A DNA stretch of 42,271 nucleotides from Sandaracinaceae bacterium (GTDB lineage: Bacteria > Myxococcota_A > Polyangia > Polyangiales > JADJQN01), in the NCBI GenBank assembly GCA_947483975.1, contig CANKOL010000004.1, positions 1 to 42,271 on the forward strand, read 5' to 3'. A model generated the notes under the pieces. The model saw only the letters and a program-made list of their open reading frames with translations. It made no database searches and was not told the origin of the DNA. This document shows, piece after piece, positions 9,173 to 18,679 of this stretch. Within the stretch, counting starts at the first letter, position 1; the number at the start of each line of letters is the position of its first letter. The translations under genes were made by a program, and so were the position numbers.

Positions 9173-9269
9173 CGCGCCCCGTTATCGCGCCGAGGGCTGT
9201 GCGGCAACCTCCCACCCGCCGCGCCACCTCTGCTAGCATCCCCGCACCGACCGAGGAGAGCGGCACGCA

Positions 9270-11204
9270 GTGGGGGACCTGACCGGCGAGACGCTGCTCG
9301 AGAAGTACAAGATCACCGGGCTCCTCGGCCGTGGCGGGATGGGCGCCGTCTATCAAGGGACGCACCTGCGTACGGGCCGCAAGGTCGCGGTGAAGGTGCT
9401 CGACGACCGCTTCCTCGCGAATCGCTCCATCGTGCAGCGCTTCGGACGCGAGGCGCGCTCCGCCAGCTCGATCCAGCACCCCGGCATCGTGGAGGTCCTC
9501 GACCTCGATCAGCTCCCCGACGGCGCGCCGTTCCTCGTGATGGAGCTCCTCGACGGCGAGACGCTCGGCAGCTTCATCGAGCGCAAGCAGCGGCTCTCGC
9601 AGTCGCAGGCGGTGGAGATCTTCGATCAGCTCCTCGAGGCGCTCGAGGCGGCGCACGAGCGCGGCATCGTCCATCGCGATCTGAAGCCCGACAACATCTT
9701 CCTCCTGCCGCCTTCGCACTCCGGCAAGCGCGCGGTGAAGATCCTCGACTTCGGCATCTCGCAGAAGGCCGATGAGGTCCGCTCACACCTGACGCAGACG
9801 GGCGCCGTCCTCGGCACGCCGCACTATATGTCGCCCGAGCAAGCCCTCGGCGAGAGCGCCCTCGACGCCTGCGCGGACGTCTACGCGGCGGCGGTCGTGC
9901 TCTACGAGTGCGTCGTCGGCGAGGTCCCCTACGACGCCCCGAACTACAACGCGCTGCTCCAAGCGATCCTGCGGGCGTCACCCGCGCGACCCCGTGACCG
10001 CGGCGCGAAGATCGAGCCCGCGTTCGAGGCCGCGCTCCTCGCCGGCATGGCGAAGGAGAAGTCGAAGCGTCCGCAGACAGCCGCCGCTTGGCGCACGATG
10101 CTGCTCGACGCGGCGAGCGGCGCTCCGATCCGCGATCCGCGGCCGTCGCGCGAAGAAACGCCCGCGCCCTTTCCGCAGCCGAGCCTGCCCGTGGCCGCAT
10201 CGCCGCCGAGCGAGGCGAGCGCCACCTCGTCGCTCCTGAGCGAGCCTCCGCCGGTCTGGGGTGAATTCGCGACGCTCGGCAAGAAGGCCCCGTCTCCCGC
10301 CGCGGTCGCGCCCGCGGCCCCGCCGCTGCCTGACGCGACGGTCGGCAATCCGACGCCCGCAGAGCGAGTCTCGGTGCCGCCCCCTCCGGTGAATTCGACG
10401 GCTGGCAAGGAGCTCGAGGACTTCGGCTTCGATCCTGTCGGGCCGGCCCTCGAGCTCGATGACTCTGCGCTCCCCGTGCCTGGTCGCGGGCGCGTCGGGC
10501 AGGCCCCCGCCGTTCGCGGGCGCAGCTACGGAGGCACGCTCCAGGCCGTCAACCCTTCGAGCACCACGGGCACCCACGCCGCTCAGGCGCCCACCGGCTC
10601 CGGGCCGCGCACCTCGCCGAGCGGGACGATGGAGGCTGTCGCGCCGCGACGCTCCTCGAGCAGCGCGATCGCCGCGGTCGCGCAGCCAGCGCCGGCCGGG
10701 GTCGAGGATACCTCGCTGCCGGGCGGCGACCTCCCGCTGCCCGACGACGAGCCGTCGCCGCCGTCCGCTCCCGCCCCTGCCGCCCGACCCGCGCAGCGCG
10801 TCCACGACCTCATCGACCGCGTGATGTCGCTCCCGCGCGCGGTGCACCTCGCCGTGGCCGGGGCGTTCGCGCTCGGCTTGCTCATCCTCGGCATTCGTCT
10901 GGCCGTCGGCCGCGGCGACGAGACAGAAGTTCCGGCCGTCCCGCCGCCTCCTCCCAACCTCGCCGGGCCGGTCCCACCCTCTGCGCCGGAGGAGCCGCAG
11001 ACCGTGCTCGTCGACGTGTCGGGCCTGCCGCAGGACGCTCGCGTGAAGCTCGACGGGCTGCCCGTCGGCGCGCTGCCGTTGCGCGTCGGTCGCGGCGAGC
11101 ACCACGTCCTCGTGATCGAGGCGCCCGGCTACGACTCACGGCGCGTACCGATCGCCCCGCTTCAGGACCTGCGCATCTCCGCCGAGATGCGGCTGACCCG
11201 GTAG
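9270..11204 (+). CDS. Membrane Ser/Thr protein kinase with Pro-rich linker, TM helix and PEGA-like domain
   Basis: Intact [31 protein letters not shown]; hydrophobic segment near the C-terminus; SD GAGGAG upstream. Confidence 0.92.
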   Translation: MGDLTGETLLEKYKITGLLGRGGMGAVYQGTHLRTGRKVAVKVLDDRFLANRSIVQRFGREARSASSIQHPGIVEVLDLDQLPDGAPFLVMELLDGETLGSFIERKQRLSQSQAVEIFDQLLEALEAAHERGIVHRDLKPDNIFLLPPSHSGKRAVKILDFGISQKADEVRSHLTQTGAVLGTPHYMSPEQALGESALDACADVYAAAVVLYECVVGEVPYDAPNYNALLQAILRASPARPRDRGAKIEPAFEAALLAGMAKEKSKRPQTAAAWRTMLLDAASGAPIRDPRPSREETPAPFPQPSLPVAASPPSEASATSSLLSEPPPVWGEFATLGKKAPSPAAVAPAAPPLPDATVGNPTPAERVSVPPPPVNSTAGKELEDFGFDPVGPALELDDSALPVPGRGRVGQAPAVRGRSYGGTLQAVNPSSTTGTHAAQAPTGSGPRTSPSGTMEAVAPRRSSSSAIAAVAQPAPAGVEDTSLPGGDLPLPDDEPSPPSAPAPAARPAQRVHDLIDRVMSLPRAVHLAVAGAFALGLLILGIRLAVGRGDETEVPAVPPPPPNLAGPVPPSAPEEPQTVLVDVSGLPQDARVKLDGLPVGALPLRVGRGEHHVLVIEAPGYDSRRVPIAPLQDLRISAEMRLTR

Positions 11205-11262
11205 CGCGTCGGGCGGGGCGATGCCTGCGGGGCGCAGGTCCGCCCGCCTCTCCCCCGCCGCA

Positions 11263-11301
11263 TTGCTCCCTCCCTCCTTTTGGCATACGGTCCGTATGAC
11301 A
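11263..11301 (+). promoter_or_regulatory. Sigma70-like promoter of the TA operon overlapped by a palindromic operator
   Basis: TTGCTC (11263-11268), 17 nt, TACGGT (11286-11291). Perfect inverted repeat CATACGG-T-CCGTATG at 11284-11298. Confidence 0.6.
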
Positions 11302-11636
11302 TGGTCGCCCGCGACGCCCACGCCCGGCTGAACGCCCGCATCGATGGCCCGCTCGCCGAGAAGGTCGCGGTGCTTCGCCGCGCGACCCGGCAGACCACCA
11401 CCGAGGTCGTGCGCGTCGCCCTCGAGCGCTACTACGACGCGGTCGAGCGTGAGGCGCGTCCTTACGATCTCCTGGTCAACGGCGGCTTCATCGGCTGTGC
11501 AGAGGGGCCGTCAGATTTGTCGCTGACCTACAAGGCCGCGCTCGGCCGCTCGCTCGACGAGAAGCACAGCGCGGCTCGCTCGGCGTCGTCCGCCGCTGCT
11601 CCGAAGCCCCGTCGCCGCGCGCGCAACAAGCCGTGA
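11301..11636 (+). CDS. Antitoxin, ribbon-helix-helix (CopG-like)
   Basis: RLNARID..L..KV..L......TTTEVVR.ALE RHH pattern; GFIGC.EGP.DLS..YK tail; directly upstream of a PIN gene. Confidence 0.75.
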   Translation: MVARDAHARLNARIDGPLAEKVAVLRRATRQTTTEVVRVALERYYDAVEREARPYDLLVNGGFIGCAEGPSDLSLTYKAALGRSLDEKHSAARSASSAAAPKPRRRARNKP

Positions 11637-11660
11637 CCGCGGCGCTCTGAGCAACTCCCG

Positions 11661-12080
11661 ATGATCCTCGCAGACACTGGCTTCTGGCTCGCGCTCGCGA
11701 ACCGCAAAGACCGACATCACCACGCCGCGCGCACCGCGCTCGAGGCGCTGCGCCAGCCGCTCATCACGACGTGGCCCGTCGTCACCGAGACCTGCCACCT
11801 GCTGATGACGCGCCTCGGCGCAGAGGCCGAGCTCAAGTTCCTCGAGAGCGCCGCGCAGGGCGCGTTTCAGATCTTCGCGCTCGAAGCCTCGCACCTGCCG
11901 CGCATCGTCGCGCTGAGCGAGCAATACCGCGCGCTCCCGATGGACCTCGCCGACGCCTCCCTCGTCGTCCTCGCCGAGACGCTCGGCACCGGGAAGATCC
12001 TCTCCACCGATCGACGCGACTTCGGCGCCTACCGCTGGAAGCGCACCAAGCCTTTCGAGAACCTGCTTCCCGAGATCTGA
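11661..12080 (+). CDS. vapC: PIN-domain toxin (VapC family)
   Basis: MILADTG, VVTET, MDLADASLV, ILSTDRRDF acidic PIN residues. Confidence 0.9.
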   Translation: MILADTGFWLALANRKDRHHHAARTALEALRQPLITTWPVVTETCHLLMTRLGAEAELKFLESAAQGAFQIFALEASHLPRIVALSEQYRALPMDLADASLVVLAETLGTGKILSTDRRDFGAYRWKRTKPFENLLPEI

Positions 12081-12094
12081 GCACGAGACCCACC

Positions 12095-14716
12095 ATGCAC
12101 GAGCGATACGAGCCTTCCGAGATCGAGCCGAAGTGGCAGCAGCGTTGGACCGAGTCGAAGGCGTTCGCCGTCGGCGACGCGGGCGACGACCCGACGCGAG
12201 AGAAATTCTATCTGCTCGAGATGCTCCCGTACCCGTCGGGGCGCATCCACATGGGCCATGTGCGCAACTACGCCATCGGCGACGTGCTCGCGCGGCAGCT
12301 GCGCATGCGCGGCAAGACGGTGCTGCACCCGATGGGCTGGGACGCCTTCGGGATGCCCGCCGAGAACGCCGCCATCGAGCGCAAGCGGCACCCGATGGAG
12401 TGGACCTACTCGAACATCGAGCAGATGCGCGCGCAGCTACAGCAGCTCGGCTATTCGTACGACTGGTCGCGCGAGATCGCGACGTGCGACGCGAGCTACT
12501 ACCGGCACGAGCAGGCGATGTTCCTGCAGATGCTCGAGCGCGGGCTGGCGTATCGCAAGCGCGCCATCGCGAACTGGTGCGAGCACTGCCAGACGGTCCT
12601 CGCGAACGAGCAGGTCGAGGACGGTCAGTGCTGGCGCTGCGCCAACCCCGTCGTGATGAAGGAGCTGCTCCAGTGGTTCATCAAGACCACCGCGTACGCG
12701 CAGGAGCTGCTCGACGGGCACGCCAAGCTCGACTGGCCCTCCAGCGTCATCACCAAGCAAAAGAACTGGATCGGCCGCAGCGAGGGCGCCGAGATTCGCT
12801 TCGCCTTCGATCAGCCGGTCGCGGGCGAGGCGTCGTTCACCGTGTTCACGACGCGCCCGGACACGCTCTACGGCGTGACGTTCGTCTCCATCGCCGCCGA
12901 GCACCCGCTCGCGCTCGAGCTCGCGAAGGGTGGCGCCAACGAGGCGGAGGTGCGCGCGTTCATCGAGCGCATCCGGATCGAACACCGGACCAAGCGAGAT
13001 GACGGCGACGTCGACAAACAGGGCATCTTCACAGGGCGCTACGCGATTCATCCGCTGACGGGCCAGAGCGTGCCTATCTGGATCGCGAACTTCGTCCTCA
13101 TGGACTACGGCACTGGCGCCGTGATGGCGGTGCCCGCGCACGACGAGCGCGACTTCGAATTCGCCCGAAAATACGGGCTCGATCTCAAGGTCGTGATTCA
13201 GCCGGAGGGCGTCGCGGCGCTCGACGTCACGACGATGAAGACGGCGTTCACCGACAGCGGCGTGCTCGTCGGCAGCGGCGCGCACGATGGCTTGCCGAAC
13301 GAAGCGGCCAAGTCCGCGATCACCGCCGAGCTCGTCGGCAAGAGCGTCGGTAAAGCCACGATCAGCTATCGCCTGCGCGACTGGCTCGTGTCGCGACAGC
13401 GCTATTGGGGCAGCCCGATCCCGGTCATTCACTGCCCGACGCACGGCGTCGTGCCGGTGCCCGAGAAGGACCTGCCGGTGCTGCTCCCGCAGGACGTCGT
13501 CATCACGGGGGAGGGCGGCTCCCCGCTCGCGCGTCACGCGTCCTTCGTGAACACGACGTGCCCGACGTGCGGCGAGCCGGCGCGGCGCGAGACGGATACC
13601 TTCGACACCTTCGTCGAGTCGAGCTGGTACTTCGAGCGCTACACGACGCCGCGCGAAGAGAATCGCCCCGTCGACCCCGAGCGCGCGCGCGGCTGGCTGC
13701 CCGTCGATCTCTACATCGGCGGCGAAGAGCACGCCGTGATGCACCTGATTTATGCGCGTGTCTGGCACTACCTGATGATGGATCTCGGCTATCTGCCGAA
13801 GGACACGGCGCGCGAGCCCTTCAGCAAGCTCGTGTGTCAGGGCATGGTCTGCCAAGAGGCCTTCTACTCGACCGATCCGCAGAATCCCGCGCACAAGACG
13901 TGGTGTTATCCGGAGGATATGGAGCTGCGCGACGGCAAGCGCTTCACCAAGGACACCGGGCTCGAGCTGCACTCGGCGGGCGTCGTCAAGATGTCCAAGA
14001 CCAAGCGCAACGTCGTCGATCCCGACGAGGTCGTCGCCAAATTCGGGGCGGACGCGGTGCGCCTCTTCGTGCTCTTCGCCGCGCCGCCCGAAGGTCAGGT
14101 CGACTGGAGCGAGGCGGGCCTCGAGGGCGCGAGTCGCTTCTTGCAGCGCGTGTGGCGGCTGGTGCGCGATCGGCGCGACGTGCTCGTCGCGACGCAGCCC
14201 TTCGCGGGCGGCGCGCTCGAGGGCGCTGCGCGCGACCTGCGGCGCATGACTCACCGCACGATCGACCGCGTGACGCGCGACCTCGGCGACCGCATGCAGC
14301 CGAACACCGGCATCGCCGCGATGATGGAGCTCGTCAATGCGCTCTACTCCTTCAAGGCTGACGGCGAAGTGGACCGCGCGGTCGTGCGAGAGGCCATCGA
14401 CGTGCTCATCTCGCTGCTCTCGCCGTTCGCGCCGCACATCGCCGACGAGCTCTCGGAGGCGCTCGGCGGGCAGGGGAACCTGCTCGCGAAGGGCTGGCCT
14501 GCGCTCGACGCGGACGCGCTTCGTGAGGACACGATCGAGCTGCCCGTGCAGGTCAACGGCAAGATCCGCGGGCGCGTGATCGTGGCCCCCGCCGCGGATG
14601 AGGCGACCGTGCTCGCCGCGGCGCGCGCCGACGCGAACGTCGCCGTCTACCTCGAGGGCAAGGCGCTCAAGAAGGTCATCTACGTGGCAGGGCGCATCCT
14701 GACGCTGGTGGTCTGA
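12095..14716 (+). CDS. leuS: Leucine--tRNA ligase
   Basis: MLPYPSGRIHMGH, GWDAFG, TVLANEQV, FTTRPDT editing domain, GTGAVMAVPAHD, SRQRYWG, KMSKT, VQVNGK. Start at ATG 12095. Confidence 0.98.
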   Translation: MHERYEPSEIEPKWQQRWTESKAFAVGDAGDDPTREKFYLLEMLPYPSGRIHMGHVRNYAIGDVLARQLRMRGKTVLHPMGWDAFGMPAENAAIERKRHPMEWTYSNIEQMRAQLQQLGYSYDWSREIATCDASYYRHEQAMFLQMLERGLAYRKRAIANWCEHCQTVLANEQVEDGQCWRCANPVVMKELLQWFIKTTAYAQELLDGHAKLDWPSSVITKQKNWIGRSEGAEIRFAFDQPVAGEASFTVFTTRPDTLYGVTFVSIAAEHPLALELAKGGANEAEVRAFIERIRIEHRTKRDDGDVDKQGIFTGRYAIHPLTGQSVPIWIANFVLMDYGTGAVMAVPAHDERDFEFARKYGLDLKVVIQPEGVAALDVTTMKTAFTDSGVLVGSGAHDGLPNEAAKSAITAELVGKSVGKATISYRLRDWLVSRQRYWGSPIPVIHCPTHGVVPVPEKDLPVLLPQDVVITGEGGSPLARHASFVNTTCPTCGEPARRETDTFDTFVESSWYFERYTTPREENRPVDPERARGWLPVDLYIGGEEHAVMHLIYARVWHYLMMDLGYLPKDTAREPFSKLVCQGMVCQEAFYSTDPQNPAHKTWCYPEDMELRDGKRFTKDTGLELHSAGVVKMSKTKRNVVDPDEVVAKFGADAVRLFVLFAAPPEGQVDWSEAGLEGASRFLQRVWRLVRDRRDVLVATQPFAGGALEGAARDLRRMTHRTIDRVTRDLGDRMQPNTGIAAMMELVNALYSFKADGEVDRAVVREAIDVLISLLSPFAPHIADELSEALGGQGNLLAKGWPALDADALREDTIELPVQVNGKIRGRVIVAPAADEATVLAAARADANVAVYLEGKALKKVIYVAGRILTLVV

Positions 14717-14721
14717 CGCGG

Positions 14722-15639
14722 ATGGCGAAGCACGACGACGAAGACGACGTGATCTTCCTCGAAGCCGAGGAGGTCTTCGCGTCGTTCGTGCGCAACGCGA
14801 ACGCGCTCGGGCACGACCCGCGCACGGTCCGCGCCGCGCTCCAGCACATCGCCGAGGCGACGCTCCACGAGCCGTACGCGGACGATCCTCACGAGCCTCG
14901 CGCGACCGAGCCCGAGTACGACGTCGACGAGGCGCCGACGGGCACGCACCTCGCTGCGCGCGTGCCGCTGATCGTCCGCGGCAAGCGCGCGCTCGATCCC
15001 GCGTCGTCCGAGGAGACGCGCGTCGAGCAGGCGGTGCTCCTCACGAGGCGACGCACGCTGCGACCCGAGACGATGTCGCCGGTAGCGGTGTCCGAGGTGC
15101 TCGACACCGAGGTTCGCAGTGCGCTCGGGCACGACCTGCTGAGCACGGAGGTGCGCACCCCCGCGCTCGGCGAAGAGATGTTCGTCCCTGCGTCGCCGCG
15201 CGGTCTGACGACGCAGCGGCGCGAAGCTCGCGCGGTCGTGCCCGAGGTCGCGAGCGTCGCGCCCCAGGCGGCCCCGCGGCCTGAGCGCGGCGAGGACGGC
15301 GAGATCCCGCCGCGTGAGCTTGCGCGCCTGCTCGCCGACATGGCCACGCTGCTCCGTTGGGGGCACGACGCGCAGGTGCGCGAGGAGCTCGAGAAACTCC
15401 GCCATCGCTTCCCGAGCGACCTGCTGCTGATGCGGCGCATCGCCGAATTTCACCTCGAGGTCGGGCAAAACGAGGCGGCGATGGACGTGCTCTTCGCGCT
15501 CGCCGGGCGGCTCTTCGAGCGGCGCAACGTCGAGGGGATGCGCGCGGCGCTCGAGCAGGTGCTCGTGCTCGACCCCGGCAACGCGCGCGCGCGCAAGCTC
15601 CTCGCGCTGCTCGTCGAGCGGGACAGCGCTCCGCCGTAG
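14722..15639 (+). CDS. Hypothetical protein with C-terminal TPR-like helices
   Basis: 5 nt after leuS; C-terminal ALEQVLVLDPGNARARKLL is TPR-like. Confidence 0.6.
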   Translation: MAKHDDEDDVIFLEAEEVFASFVRNANALGHDPRTVRAALQHIAEATLHEPYADDPHEPRATEPEYDVDEAPTGTHLAARVPLIVRGKRALDPASSEETRVEQAVLLTRRRTLRPETMSPVAVSEVLDTEVRSALGHDLLSTEVRTPALGEEMFVPASPRGLTTQRREARAVVPEVASVAPQAAPRPERGEDGEIPPRELARLLADMATLLRWGHDAQVREELEKLRHRFPSDLLLMRRIAEFHLEVGQNEAAMDVLFALAGRLFERRNVEGMRAALEQVLVLDPGNARARKLLALLVERDSAPP

Positions 15640-15660
15640 CTGCGTGGTAACGTCGCCGCC

Positions 15661-17775
15661 ATGCTGCCGCGGCCGTCTGCTCCCTTCGCGCTCGTTTGCT
15701 GTGTCTCGCTGCTCTCGCTCGTCGGCTGTGGCGACGACGACGTGACGCCTCCTGTCCCGCTGCCGACGACGGCCATCGTCGACACCGACGTGGAGCTCGC
15801 GACGGCAGCGACCTTTTACGATTTCCCCTATCCGTCGGATCTCCGCCTCACCGCGCAGGGAACGCCTGATTTGCGAGGGATTCCGATCTCCGCGCGCAGC
15901 ACGCTCGCGTCGGGGATGGTCCCGGTCGCGGCTCAGCATCCGGGCTTTCCGGTGGTTCCGGCGGCCTACTTCCGCTTCGATGGCGACCTCGCCGCGTACT
16001 CGCCTGCCGACGTGATCCCGGCATCGCCGACCTCCTCCATTCTGCTCATCGACATCGACCCTGACTCGCCCGACCGAGGGGCGCTCTTCCCCGTGGTCGC
16101 GGCGACGCTCCCGCCTGACGACTACTCGCCGCCGGGCACGCTCGCCGTAGCCGCGCGGCCGGGCTTCGTCCTCGACGCGGGTCGCACGTACGCTTTCGTC
16201 GTGACGACGGACGTGCTCGATCTCGGCGGCGCGCACGTCGCGCCTGCGGCCTCCATCGCGGCTCTCGCCCGCGGCGAGACGCCCGCGGGCGCGCGCGGCC
16301 CGGCGATGGCCACGGCGTACGCGCCGCTGTTCGCGACGCTGGCGACGCTGGGAATCGATCCGACCCGCGTAGCGAGCGCGACGGTGCTCACGACGGGAGA
16401 TGTCGTCGCGGAGCTGGCCGCGCTCTCGGACTCGATCGTCGCCCGCTACGACGTGCCGATCACGGACCTCACCGTCGACCCGGACGACGGTGCCGACCAT
16501 CCACGCTTCTGCGAACTGCGAGGCTCTGTCACGTACCCGCAGTTTCAGGAGGGCACCCCGCCGTTCGACACCGGCGGACTCTTCGTGCGGGACGCCGACG
16601 GCGCGCTCGTCGAGCAGCGCATGGAGACCGTCCCGCTCACGATCAGCATCCCCAAAGGCCCGATGCCCGCGGCGGGCTTCCCGCTGACGATGTACTTCCA
16701 CGGCTCCGGTGGGCTCAGCACGGCGAGCGTCGACCGCGGGACTTGGTATCGCACGACGGATCCGACGAGCTGCCCAGACGGCGTATTCGGTGAGTCATGG
16801 CTCGACTACACCGGCTGCAACACGAAGGGCGAGGGCCCTGCGCACGTCCTCGCGCGGCACGGCTTCGCCGTCGCTGGCAGCGCGCTCCCCGTCAATCCCG
16901 AGCGCGTCCCCGGCGCGAGCGACATCGAGTATCTCAACTTCAACAACCTCGGCCCCGGTCGCGACCTCTTCCGCCAGGGGATCATCGAGCAGCGCTTGTT
17001 CCTCGAGGCGCTCCTCGCGCTGCGCATCTCACCGGCGACGGTCGCTGCGTGCAGCGGACTATCGCTGCCTGCGGGCGCGACCGACTACCGCTTCGACGGC
17101 GCTCACGTCTACGCGCAGGGGCAGTCGATGGGTGGGCAATACACCAACCTCTTTTCTGCCGTCGAGCCGCGTGTGCTCGCCTCTTTGCCGACGGGGGCGG
17201 GCGGCTATTGGAGTCAGTTCATCCTCGAGACGCCGCTCATCCCGAATCTTCCGAACATCATCGGCCCCGTCCTCATTCGCACGCGCGTGCCGCTGACGTT
17301 CTTGCACCCAGCGCTCCAGATCTACGAGACCGCATGGGAGGCCGTGGATCCAATGGTCTACATGCCGCGCCTCGCGCGGCGCCCGCTGCCAGGACACCCC
17401 GTGCGCTCGATCTACGAGCCCGTCGGGATCGGTGATTCGTTCTTCGCCACGCCGACGTACGACGCCATGGCGCTCGCGTACGGCCATCAAGAGGCGGGCG
17501 ACATCATCTGGCCGTCGATGCAACAAGCGCTCGCGCTCGCCGGGCACGAGGGGATAGCGGCCTATCCCGTACAGCAGAACGTGATGTCCGAGGATGGCAC
17601 TCCCTACACGGGAGTCGTCGTGCAATACGAGGGCGACGGAATCTACGATGCACACGCGCTGTACACGCAGATCCCCGCCGTGAAGCACCAATATGGCTGC
17701 TTCCTCGCGACGCACCTCGCGACCGGCACGGCGACGGTCGTCGCGCCCGGGCTCGAGACGGATCCTTGCGAGTGA
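15661..17775 (+). CDS. Lipoprotein, alpha/beta-hydrolase fold (lipase/esterase-like) with N-terminal Ig-like region
   Basis: Lipobox LVGC; FPYPSD; YFHGSGG; nucleophile GQSMGG; candidate Asp (GDSF) and His (DAH). Confidence 0.75.
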   Translation: MLPRPSAPFALVCCVSLLSLVGCGDDDVTPPVPLPTTAIVDTDVELATAATFYDFPYPSDLRLTAQGTPDLRGIPISARSTLASGMVPVAAQHPGFPVVPAAYFRFDGDLAAYSPADVIPASPTSSILLIDIDPDSPDRGALFPVVAATLPPDDYSPPGTLAVAARPGFVLDAGRTYAFVVTTDVLDLGGAHVAPAASIAALARGETPAGARGPAMATAYAPLFATLATLGIDPTRVASATVLTTGDVVAELAALSDSIVARYDVPITDLTVDPDDGADHPRFCELRGSVTYPQFQEGTPPFDTGGLFVRDADGALVEQRMETVPLTISIPKGPMPAAGFPLTMYFHGSGGLSTASVDRGTWYRTTDPTSCPDGVFGESWLDYTGCNTKGEGPAHVLARHGFAVAGSALPVNPERVPGASDIEYLNFNNLGPGRDLFRQGIIEQRLFLEALLALRISPATVAACSGLSLPAGATDYRFDGAHVYAQGQSMGGQYTNLFSAVEPRVLASLPTGAGGYWSQFILETPLIPNLPNIIGPVLIRTRVPLTFLHPALQIYETAWEAVDPMVYMPRLARRPLPGHPVRSIYEPVGIGDSFFATPTYDAMALAYGHQEAGDIIWPSMQQALALAGHEGIAAYPVQQNVMSEDGTPYTGVVVQYEGDGIYDAHALYTQIPAVKHQYGCFLATHLATGTATVVAPGLETDPCE

Positions 17776-17797
17776 GCTGAGGAGTATCGTCGCGGCC

Positions 17798-18559
17798 GTG
17801 CAACTCTTCTCCAGCGACCCGAACGTGCCGGGGGTGTTCGCCGTCGGGCAGACCGCGACGGGCGTCTTCGTGCTCGCGCAGTTCGGCACGGGCGTGTTCG
17901 TGGTCGCGCAATTCGGGCGCGGCGTGTTCGTGCTGGCGCAGTTCGCCGTCGGCTTCGTGGCTGTCGGTCAGTTCGCGGCGGGCATCCTGAGCACGGGCGG
18001 CATGGGCGCGATTGGCGGGCGCTCGTTCTTCGGGCTGCCGATGTTCGCGCTCCTCCCCCGGCTGCGTTGGCCGCTCGCGGCGCGGACTCCTCTGCCGACG
18101 GAGACGACGCTCGCGGCGCTCACGTCGGGCGAGGTCGAGGAGGGCTTCGTCCGCGTGCGCGTCGCGCGCGAAGGCGGGCGACTCGCCGTGCGTACGAGCG
18201 AGTCGGGCGGCAAGGAGTTGCTCGCCGCGGAGATGGACGCCGCGGTCGTGCGCGCGCTCGGCGACGAGGCGGACGCGGGGCGGGACGAGGCGCTCGTCGG
18301 GGTGCTCGCGGCGACGCGCCGCGCGGACGACGGAGCAGGCTTTCGTGACGCGCCCGCCGTGACGCGGCACCTCTCCGTGCAGACCGTGCAGGGCATCCTG
18401 CCGCCCGCTTGGCGGACGCCGTTTCTCGGCGCGAGCCGGGCCAACGCGGAGAAGGAGATGCCCGTCGCAGAAGCGTGCGGCCGCCTCACGCTCTGGCTCG
18501 GCCTCTGCGTCGGCTGGTGGCTCGGTGTCGGTCAGGCACTCGTCGCGATGTTCCGCTGA
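17798..18559 (+). CDS. Membrane protein with 10-aa Gly/aromatic repeats
   Basis: GTG start; GVFxxxQFxx repeats; C-terminal hydrophobic helix. Confidence 0.6.
   Translation: MQLFSSDPNVPGVFAVGQTATGVFVLAQFGTGVFVVAQFGRGVFVLAQFAVGFVAVGQFAAGILSTGGMGAIGGRSFFGLPMFALLPRLRWPLAARTPLPTETTLAALTSGEVEEGFVRVRVAREGGRLAVRTSESGGKELLAAEMDAAVVRALGDEADAGRDEALVGVLAATRRADDGAGFRDAPAVTRHLSVQTVQGILPPAWRTPFLGASRANAEKEMPVAEACGRLTLWLGLCVGWWLGVGQALVAMFR
17831..18010 (+). repeat. 30-bp coding tandem repeat (5-6 units, GVFVLAQFGx)
   Basis: Units start at 17831, 17861, 17891, 17921, 17951, and a degenerate one at 17981. Confidence 0.85.
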
Positions 18560-18642
18560 GTCGTCGGAAGCGCCCGCGCGGTAGTTGAGAGTCCGATGCC
18601 CTGCTCGCCTCGCGTCCGAGGTCCGTGAGGTCGGTGAGCGCG

Positions 18643-18678
18643 GGGACGGAGCCGCAGCGCTGCGATCGGCTCGGTCCC
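18643..18678. terminator. GC-rich hairpin between convergent genes
   Basis: GGGAC-G-GAGCCG ... CGGCTC-G-GTCCC; no U-tract. Confidence 0.4.
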
Positions 18679-18679
18679 G

